From Hydrurus foetidus (taxonomy: Eukaryota), in contig UYFQ01000656.1 in the NCBI GenBank assembly GCA_900617105.1, positions 1-45,730 on the forward strand: a stretch of DNA of 45,730 nucleotides, given 5' to 3'. Positions 1 through 8,900 of the stretch are shown in pieces (position 1 is the first letter of the stretch; every line of letters starts with the position of its first letter). The notes beneath the pieces were generated by a model that was not told where the DNA came from, ran no database searches, and worked only from the letters and a program-made list of their open reading frames with translations. A program made the position numbers and the translations under genes.

Positions 1-250
1 TGATGGGTGCCTGATGGTAACCGCTGGTGAGGTCCATCACTCCAAAAATCTCTGGCTTGCAGTTCCCGATGCGCTCAAAGAGTCCCTTGATGTTCGGCAA
101 GGGCCAACTGGCGGGCTCGATGCACGCGTTCAGGCCTCTGAAATCCATGCACACCCTAACCTTATCCGGAGTCTGCTGCACCACCACGGGGTGACTGTAG
201 TATGACGCGGTGGATTTCTCCACGATCCCTTTCTTGATCATCTCATTTAT
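1..250 (-). pseudogene. pol: N-terminal part of the reverse transcriptase domain (pol), continuing beyond the window start
   Basis: Manual translation past the TAG at 251-253, in frame with ORF 251..1168: INEMIKKGIVEKSTASYYSHPVVVQQTPDKVRVCMDFRGLNACIEPASWPLPNIKGLFERIGNCKPEIFGVMDLTSGYHQAPI. These are typical gypsy RT motifs. Not in the ORF track. Confidence 0.92.
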
Positions 251-1195
251 CTACTTGTGTAGCTCCAGCTCCTTTTTTGGTGTAGTGTGACGTAATGGTC
301 CGCGGTTCTTGCTGGTCTCCCATTCGGACTTTTTTACATCGAACGTGAAGGGGTCTATGTCAGCCGGATCCGCTGCCAGTTCGTCGCTGAAGATTTCAGG
401 GAACTCAGAGCATACCGCCTTGCATTTAGCTTGGAGGCTAACGGTACCTTCGAAACCAATCTGCTTAATATATGCAAATTTGTCTTTAGGTCCTGGGTCC
501 GTCGCCATATCGTCCAAGAGGAACGGGCCAAACGCGTCTGTTTTCTCACTATCAATCTCGTCATTAGAGATACTGATACCACTGGGCTTATCGCAGACAG
601 TGTCGAGAGCAGGGCCTTCGATAACCAAAGGTGGAGCCGGAGGGGTGTGATTAAGGTCGACACCAGGACGCGGTGTATCATCCTTCCGCGTGACTAAAGT
701 CGCAATGACGCTGGCTAAAAGTCTGCGACTTCCGGGTTGCCTTTGACTAGTGTCCGGAGCTGGAGTCGGATGAGCGCATAGCGTAGGAACATTGGTCTCA
801 GGCGGTGGGGCGGCCTGGATCACTTGGGGTGCCCCTACTTGAGCCGGAGCTGTAGGGGAACCTGTCCCCAAAGGGATTGTCTGCGGGCCATAGCTTGCTA
901 GCTTTTCCTCCGCCTTCTTTTTGTTCTTTGCTGCTTTCCGTTTCTGAGACGCAGCGCGTTTCTCATACTTGAGTTTATTGTCTGGTGCTGGCGAAGCTCG
1001 CAGATCTTCTGGAGTTGTCTCAATGAGAATCGTGTCCTTAGTCTTCTTGTCAGCTGCAGTTTTGCGGTTGTAAGCCTTGGACGGGCCTGACTTCGCGCCA
1101 GCAGGGACAGGGGGCGGTTTCAGAAGTAGACCATAGGTGGGTGGAGCAGACTCGGTCGGGAAGCCCAAGGCAGTCGGTGTGATAATGTTGAACTT
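251..1195 (-). pseudogene. pol: pol segment: Lys/Pro-rich protease-RT linker and pre-RT region
   Basis: ORF 251..1168 ends in EFPEIFSDELAADPADIDPFTFDV...GPLRHTTPKKELELHK, the usual run-up to gypsy RT. The frame extends upstream as KFNIITPTALGFPTES to a frameshift near 1195. Confidence 0.8.
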
Positions 1196-2094
1196 AGGGA
1201 AAGACGTCCTATGATCAGGTCTACGGCGGAGTCAGGGTTGACTCTGGCCTGGAGGTACACCGTGTGGACCTTGTTGTCTTTACAAAGAAAAGTTACGCCT
1301 ATGTCGACTACTGCAGTGCTAACAAAACAGTCGCTGTTGAGACTCGAGCACACAGTAATAGGCTCGTCAGACTTATACATATGTGCCGATGCACCTAGGC
1401 GAATCATGAAAGCCTCAGAAATAAAATCTCCGGCCACGGCTCCGGTATCCAAAAACGCTAGAGCCCTGACCTCCCCGGTTTGCACCACTGAGGGATCCGA
1501 GCACCCTTTAGGCTGTGAAGCGAAAACAGTAACAGAGAGGCAGTCTTTAGCAGTTAGAAGATGATCGACATTATCCACGTACAGTGGCATGACAGGTGAC
1601 ATCTCGAACGATGAGGGTGGGGCAAGCATCTCTTTCGTCGACACCGGCCTGTCAAGTCGAGGAGCAATCGTGGCAACAACAGTAGTCATCATAGTGTTCT
1701 TACTTCTCTTTGGGGAGCGGTCGCGTGCTACGGTGCGCTCACGTGGCTTGGACCTTTCGCGCTCGCGGTCCGGTGCGCGGTCACGTGCAGAGGGTTGGTC
1801 CCTCGCCGAGGATCGATCTCTCGCCCTGCTTGGCTCGCGGTACACGGGGCGCGAGCGGTCAGTCTGGCGGGAACGGTTGAAGCCATGGTGGTTTCCACTT
1901 CTTTTGTCCTCATGCTTCACATGTGTCGTGGAGCGACGGTCCTCGGCCCAGTCGTCGTCGGAGGTATCACCGTAGCGGGAACGTTTATAATTACGGTCTT
2001 CCTCCTCCTTGGCCTTGAGGTCACGTAGTGGTAACCACTTTTTCTCCTCGGTTCCTGGAAGGACTCTGTCGACCTGGAAAGTAGGATACCCCCA
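1195..2094 (-). pseudogene. Arg/Ser/Asp-rich linker plus retropepsin-like aspartic protease
   Basis: ALAFLDTGAVAGDFIS (catalytic DTG) and C-terminal DLIIGR motif. The frame is open from 2094, directly after the gag TAG (2094-1920 = 58 codons, in frame). Confidence 0.88.
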
Positions 2095-3252
2095 CTACTT
2101 CCATGATAGTCCTGCTTTGGAAGCTACCCAATCCACGGAATGATCTGGGTTGGTTCCTGGGCAGTCTATGTATGGACAGTTCTTGAGGGCATGGTCTCTT
2201 CCACAGTTGCGACAGCCCGGGGCGACGATTGAAACCGCCTCAGATCGGGGCTGCTCTCCTCGGTGTAATGGCTGCGGGGGTGGAGAGGTCTTCTTGACAG
2301 CCTCGGTGACCGTCTTGTAGCGAGGGGCATCAGGTGGGTACGAGTACATGACAGCTGGATTGCCGTACTTGGTCACCTTCATCTGCGCACGCCTCGCACT
2401 GTTGAGCACCTTGATGAAACGGACCAGGCAGGTCCTCCATGTCTCATCATCCCTAAGGTTCTCCACCAACTTGAGCTGCAGGTGGTCAGTCTGGATCTGG
2501 CTCCCTGGGGGGAAGCGTTTTTCCACCAGCTTGACTAGGTCCCGCTTCTGTTCCAACGTCATCTGGGGGTGCTCCATCGCAAACGTGCGAGCCACGGCGG
2601 TGTACTCACGCATCGTCTGCACTTCCAGATTGGGGTCATCGTAACAGTACTGGAAGGCCACCTTCTCGAATGCTTGGGTCAGGGTCTCCCCTGTCTCCGG
2701 TCGCATCCCGAAGTACCTGACGACGAGTTCAGCAATCGTCAGGATAGGTAGCTCCTTCCAGTTGGCAAGCTGAGCTGGCGTGAGGTGCTTGATTGTGTCA
2801 TCCGTCATGATGCGGATGTCCAGAGCGTCCACCGCTTCCTCTCTCATGACTTGGTTGAGCTCGATGCCATCCCCTTGGCTGTTGGCTTGCTCAAGGAACT
2901 CCTTGGCCGCTTGAGGCGTGATCTGCGAATCCTCGATCACAAAGAGCGGCTTCTGCAACTGAAGGGCTCTGTTCAGCTTCTTCTGGTTGAAAGCCTCTTG
3001 TCCTCCGACCATTTGAGCTCCGGTGTAAGGGAGCGTGTACTTGTCGGATAAGAACGATGAGTTCATATCCATGAGATCATCATCTATGATTCTCTTCGGA
3101 AAAGTGTTTTCCGAACTGTCGTATCCATCGTCTCCCTCTCGCGGTGTCGGCTGCACCGCTTGTGATCTCATTGGTGGACGAGCGGCCACTGTCGTTGATG
3201 ACGAAGACGACGATGAAGACGACGACGGGCCGGAAACAGGCGTCGGATTCAT
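2095..3252 (-). CDS. gag: Gag-like protein with C-terminal zinc knuckle (385 aa)
   Basis: ATG-initiated ORF upstream of the protease. CRNCGRDHALKNC is a CX2CX3HX4C knuckle. Confidence 0.8.
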   Translation of the reverse strand: MNPTPVSGPSSSSSSSSSSTTVAARPPMRSQAVQPTPREGDDGYDSSENTFPKRIIDDDLMDMNSSFLSDKYTLPYTGAQMVGGQEAFNQKKLNRALQLQKPLFVIEDSQITPQAAKEFLEQANSQGDGIELNQVMREEAVDALDIRIMTDDTIKHLTPAQLANWKELPILTIAELVVRYFGMRPETGETLTQAFEKVAFQYCYDDPNLEVQTMREYTAVARTFAMEHPQMTLEQKRDLVKLVEKRFPPGSQIQTDHLQLKLVENLRDDETWRTCLVRFIKVLNSARRAQMKVTKYGNPAVMYSYPPDAPRYKTVTEAVKKTSPPPQPLHRGEQPRSEAVSIVAPGCRNCGRDHALKNCPYIDCPGTNPDHSVDWVASKAGLSWK

Positions 3253-3809
3253 TGCTTAGATCGCGTCCTGAAACTTTCTTTGAAACTCTTTTAAATCCTC
3301 TAAGATCTTTAAAATCCCGCAAAAATTTTGCAGGGGGTTTCCCTAGAGCGTCTCCTTAAACGCTGTCTTCGACGGACTTAAGGAAATTAGAATTAAAAGG
3401 CAGGTAGCAAAAAATAACTTAAGGTGGTCAAAAAGTCTTCAAAATTTTTGAGGACGGATCTCTGCCACGAAAGCTCCTCCAACGATCCACGGTAGCTTAA
3501 GAACCAGCTAGTGGAAGCTCCTGCTCCGGCTCCGTCTTTTAGAATTCAGATAAGGGGTACTTATGTTCTATCAAATCGGAATTGACTTCGATTCTTCAGC
3601 GAGATAAAACTCAAGCTGGGACGCTCCGGCAACTTGACGCGGCGGCTGGAAAATTAAGGGGCCTTGATTTGGCCTCTTGAAAACGACTTTGAAGGCTTCC
3701 TTGGACGTGGTTGGGACCGCGTGGACAGGAAGTCTAGCTAAGCAGAAATAGATTGCAGAAGATGGGAGTTGCAGTAGAAATTAGAGGGAAAATGGACAAG
3801 TAGCGCTAC

Positions 3810-4017
3810 TGTGGTCCGAGAGGGGATGGAGGAAGGGTAGAATCGGCAAGAAAGGATCTCTTAGAGTTACAACGGGGGAAGCTGTCTATGGGATACAACT
3901 GAAAGGTTGCACTGAAAGGTTCGAGATGTCAGGATTGACATCTCAAACTACCACACATCTACAAGCACGTATGTACCGTCAGAGGGTCCGGGGTCCGGAG
4001 ACCCCGGAACCACTACA
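3810..4017 (-). repeat. Candidate 5' LTR (~208 bp)
   Basis: The minus strand begins TGTAGT and ends ACCACA (imperfect TG..CA inverted termini), upstream of gag. The partner LTR is outside the window, so this is unverified. Confidence 0.3.
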
Positions 4018-4359
4018 CTGATTCAATGTCATGTTGGTCTTTCAGATTCAATAACAACAGCGGAGAATTTTACATTCATGAAATACCAAAGCATTAAAAT
4101 TCTCACATCATCAGGTGAGCACTTCGTTTCAAGAGAGCGTACGCCTTCTCAAATTGTGGTGGCGGGACTGATGGTTGTTTCCTATGTGATTACAGCATGT
4201 AAACGCTGCTACTGCTATCACTTGTCATCGGGTATTTGAAACTTGAGTGAGAAGACAGTGAGAAAAATCTGGGCGGGGCGGGAGCTTGAAAATGCCCCCT
4301 CTCCTTCTATACCTCCTTGTTACAGCCATCACGTAGAAGTCAACCAAGCTTCTAACATA

Positions 4360-5103
4360 CCAGTGCAGGTAATAACGCGGTTTCGGTAAAAACGCGGTTA
4401 TTCGACCCGGCAGGTCCGATATCTCTCCAAATTCTTCATGAAAAAGTTTTTGTCAAACATTCTCACAGGTAATTCGATAGTTTTATATACGCTACGATTA
4501 TTAAAATTCTCTGAAATTGATGATTTCATCACGAGATCGACATTAGTCACTTTTGGCGATTCACCAATGTCGGATATAGATGAAGCAAGAGTATGAGTTA
4601 GATATTTTATCTTGTAGGCAGCAGTCATATTAGTATGGATCCGCGAGGGTTTTGTACAAATCGCGATAATCACTGAGATGCATCAGTTTCAGAGACCAAA
4701 AATGTGCCTTTTTAACTCATTCGGGATGCGATTTCCCAATATTTCGACGAAAAAGGAACATTTTTGGTCTCTGAAACTGATGCATCTCAGTGACTATCGC
4801 GATTTGTACAAAACCCTCGCGGATCCATACTAATATGACTGCTGCCTACAAGATAAAATATCTAACTCATACTCTTGCTTCATCTATATCCGACATTGGT
4901 GAATCGCCAAAAGTGACTAATGTCGATCTCGTGATGAAATCATCAATTTCAGAGAATTTTAATAATCGTAGCGTATATAAAACTATCGAATTACCTGTGA
5001 GAATGTTTGACAAAAACTTTTTCATGAAGAATTTGGAGAGATATCGGACCTGCCGGGTCGAATAACCGCGTTTTTACCGAAACCGCGTTATTACCTGCAC
5101 TGG
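4360..5103. mobile_element. Non-autonomous foldback/MITE-like element: 354-bp inverted arms, 36-bp spacer, 4-bp TSD CATA
   Basis: 4360-4713 is the reverse complement of 4750-5103 (two mismatches noticed). Termini are CCAGTGCAGG...CCTGCACTGG. CATA lies at 4356-4359 and 5104-5107. Confidence 0.9.
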
Positions 5104-5435
5104 CATAGCTCCTGTAACCTAAGCAACTACTCTCAACATCCCTTTCTTCATCTCCGCAGACCACAAGAGTGAGTGGAGACCATGGCATTGGACACATCCG
5201 TGAGGTCTCTGTTCCGTGTTCGTGCAGTGTACATTGTGTCCCACACGATGTGTCAGTGGCATTCGAACTTCAGTAATAAGGACGATATCCACAGAATTGC
5301 TAATATATTGTGTGGTATTTTGGCGGGAGAAATACCGCTCTTGGAAAGAAGAAGTTAGAGGAATTCGATATACTTCACTTTCTTAAAATTATTCGTGATG
5401 TGACTTAAAAACGACTACGATATATATTTCCATGC

Positions 5436-5464
5436 GATTCGATTCGATTCGATTCGACTCGACT
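5436..5464. repeat. Short (CGATT)n/(CGACT)n microsatellite
   Basis: cgattcgattcgattcgattcgactcgac read directly. Confidence 0.8.
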
Positions 5465-5935
5465 TCTTCATCATGCGCAGGTCAACTATCGGAAAGGTAG
5501 GGGGTTTGGTTGGTGGAGAGAATTGAAATTGGCCTGAAAGGCTAAGGCGACTTTTTTTGTGCTGAGTCTACCTGAAAAGAAATACATTACGATAGTGACC
5601 GGGAACTACGCAACATGAAAAAATTGATTTGATTTTGTCTGTACACTGCTGCTGGGTGATGTTCGTCATTGTGCAAATTATGTAATTCTGGTCGCAGAAT
5701 TTGTGCACGTTTGACTTACTGCTGAACTCGAAACAACTACTACTATAAATGAAAAGGATGAAAGATGAGGCGTGGCTCGGAGTTTGACGCGTATTTCATA
5801 CGGTGGAACATATGTGACGGTGGTGATGTTGTGAACTCGTTTGAACATGAATGCTGAAAGGCAGATATCTCTTACGAGGCGGTACTAAGTCGAGGGGTTG
5901 CGAAAATGGACTAGGAGCTGCCGTGTTGAAACCCC

Positions 5936-8900
5936 TTATCTACCACCAGAGTTACCATTGCCCTTGGGTGCTTTACTGGCTTTCTTGGAAGGTTTTGAAG
6001 GTGGTGCATTTGGTGCCGTGGTTTTCTTCGTTCTGGGACGTTTCGAGGGAGGAGATTTGGGCATGCAATTCGTTGGTTTCAGAGTCGGTGTGGAGCAGAC
6101 AGGGGCTGCCGTCGGGCAGCCGTGGATTGATGTTTTAGTTGGAGACTCAGTGGGGAGGCCAGTAGGCTCATCAGTAAAGATTGTTGCTGGGGAGTAAGTA
6201 ACTTCATTCATGGCAGGTGATTTAGTGGGTGTTGGCACGGCTGTTGGCTGGTACGTTGGTAAAGGCGTTGGCACGGCTGTTGGCTGGTACGTTGGTGAAA
6301 GTGTTGGCGCCGCTGTTGGTGTGGCTGTTGGTTGATATGTTGGTGAAGGTGTTGGCTCCGCTGATGGCTGGTACGTTGGTGAAGGTGTCGGCACGGCTGT
6401 TGGCTGGTTTGTTGGTGAAGGTGTTGGCAAGGCTGTTGGCACGGATGTTGGCTGGTACGTTGGTGAAGGTGTTGGCAAGGCTGTTGGTTGATACGTTGGT
6501 GAAGGTGTTGGCTCTGCTGTTGGCTCGAAGGTTGGTGATGGTGTTGGCACGGCTGTTGGCTCCGCTGATGGCTGGTACGTTGGTACAGGTGTCGGCTCCG
6601 CTGTCGGCTGGTTTGTCGGTGAAGGTGTTGGCAAGGCTGTTGGCACGGCTGTTGGCTGGTACGTTGGTGAAGGTGTTGGCAAGGCTGTCGGCTGGTATGT
6701 TGGTACAGGTGTTGGCTCCGCTGATGGCTGGTACGTTGGTACAGGTGTTGGCTCCGCTGTTGGCTGGTACGTTGGTGAAAGTGTTGGCGCCGCTGTTGGT
6801 GTGTCTGTTGGTTGATATGTTGGTGAAGGTGTTGGTGTGGCCGTTGGCTGGTACGTTGGTACAGGTGTTGGCTCCGCTGATGGCTGGTACGTTGGTACAG
6901 GTGTTGGCTTCACTGTTGGCTGGTACGTTGGTACAGGTGTTGGCTGCGCTGTTGGCAAGGCTGTTGGTTGGTACGTTGGTGAAGGTGTTGGCTCCGCTGT
7001 TGGCTGGTATGTTGGTGAAAGTGTTTGCGCTGCTGTTGGTGTGGCTGTTGGTTGGAACGTTGGTGATGGTGTTGGTGTGGCCGTTGGCTGGTACGTTGGT
7101 GTGGGTGTTGGTTGGTTCGTTGGTGAAGGTGTTGGCACGGCTGTGGGCTGGTACGTTGGTACAGGTGTTGGCTCCACTGTTGGCTCTGGTGATGGATTTA
7201 CGGAGAAAGGGCTAGGTGTGGCCTTGTTCGGGAATGGTGGAGGAGAATCGACACTTGGTGATTTTGTTGGCTGTGTGAGTGGACAGTTTGGCATTCCCGT
7301 AGATGGCTTATGCGTCTTTGGGGCTTTTGAAGGTTTCGCGGTTGATGGCTTTCGGGTAGGAGGACTTTTTTTGGTAGGAATGATTGTAGGATCTTTGCTC
7401 ACTGGACAGGGTGTTGGTTTCTTGCTCTTTGGACTCTTCATCGTAGGGCAGATAGTTGGGGCGGGTGTGCAAACATGTCCCGTTGGGGTTGACGTAGGGA
7501 CACTAGTTGGTGATGGTGATGGGTTGAATGAGGGGAGTGGTGTGGGAGAGTAGGTAGGTTGTTTAGTTGGAGACTCAGTGGGAAGGCAAGTAGGCTCATC
7601 AGTATCAATTGTTGCTGGGGAGTAAGTAACCTCAGCAATAGCAGGTGATTTAGTGGGTGTTGGCACGGCTGTTGGCACGGCTGTTGGTGAAGGTGTTGGC
7701 CACTGTTGGCACGGCTGTTGGTGAAGGTGTTGGTCCGCTGTTGGCTGCTACGTTGGTGAAGGTGTTGGCATGGCTGTTAGTTGGTTCGTTGGTGAAGGTG
7801 TTGGCACGGCTGTTGGCACGGTGTTGGCTGGTACGTTGGTACAGGTGTTGGCCCCGCTGTTGGCTGGTACGTTGGTGAAGGTGTTGGCACCGCTGTTGGC
7901 TGGTACGTTGGTACAGGTGTCGGCTCCGCTGTTGGCACGGCTGTTGGCTGGTACGTTGGTGAAGGTGTTGGCAAGGCTGTTGGTTGATATGTTGGTGAAG
8001 GTGTTGGCGCCGCTGTTGGCAAGGCTGTCGGCTGGTAAGTTGGTATAACAGATGGCCCCGCTGTTGGCTGGTACGTTGATACAGGTGTCGGCTCCGCTGT
8101 TGGCACGGTTGTTGGCTGGTACGTTGGTACAGGTGTTGGCCCGCTGTTGGCTGTTGGCTACGTTGGTGAAGGTGTTGGCTCCGCTGTTGGCACGGCTGTT
8201 GGCTGGTACGTTGGTGAAGGTGTTGGCAAGGCTGTTGGTTGATATGTTGGTGAAGATGTTGGCTCCGCTGTTGGTGTGGCTGTTGGCTGGTACGTTGGTG
8301 AAGGTGTTGGCTCTGCTGTTGGCGTGGCTGTCGGCTTGTATGCTTGTTGAGGTGTTGGCCTTGCTGTTGGCTGGTACGTTGGTGAAGGTGTTGGCAAGGC
8401 TGTTGGTGTGGCTGTTGGCTGGTGCGTTGGTGAAGCTGTTGGCTCTGCTGTTGGTGTGGTGTTGGCTTGCTGTTGGCTGGTACGTTGGTGAAGGTGTTGG
8501 CTCGGCTGTTGGCTGGTGTTGGTTGGCTGTTGGTGTGGCTGTTGGCTGGTATGTTGGTGAAGGTGTTGGCTCCGCTGTTGGTGTGGCTGTTGGCTGGTAG
8601 GTTGGTAAAGGTGTTGGCACGGATGTTGGCTGGTACGTTGGTGAAGGTGTTGGCTTTACTGTTGGCTCCGCTGTTGGCTGGTACGTTGGTACAAGTGTTG
8701 GCATGGCAGTTGGAACAGCTGTCGGTTGGTGCGTTGGTGAAGGTGTTGGCACGGTTGTTGGCTGGTATGTTGGTAAAAGTGTTGGCCCCGCTGTTGGTGT
8801 GACTGTTGGCTGGTACGTTGGTGAAGGTGTCGGCTCAGGTGATGGATTTACGGAGAAAGGGCTAGGTGTGGCCTTGTTCGGGAATGGTGGAGGAGAATCG

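Larger units (their letters stand above)
1..4017 (-). mobile_element. Ty3/gypsy-type LTR retrotransposon, 5' portion (truncated by window start), probably degenerate
   Basis: Minus-strand order gag (zinc knuckle), protease (FLDTGA), RT (RVCMDFRGLN, WPLPNI, MDLTSGYHQ). RT directly after protease with no integrase between them is the gypsy order. The right boundary is tentative. Confidence 0.9.

Noticed and set aside
14..3359. Short + strand ORFs over the retrotransposon, and other small ORFs (5173, 20613, 20865, 21147, 25545)
   Set aside because: Antisense to gag-pol or short intergenic frames with no motifs.
4398..5065. Twin 91-aa ORFs on opposite strands
   Set aside because: Mirror products of the palindrome arms, with non-ATG starts and no recognisable domain.
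6330..6350. Resemblance of the repeat gene's + strand (GATATGTTGGTG) to the satellite unit
   Set aside because: A short match between two G/T-rich low-complexity sequences is insufficient to infer common origin.
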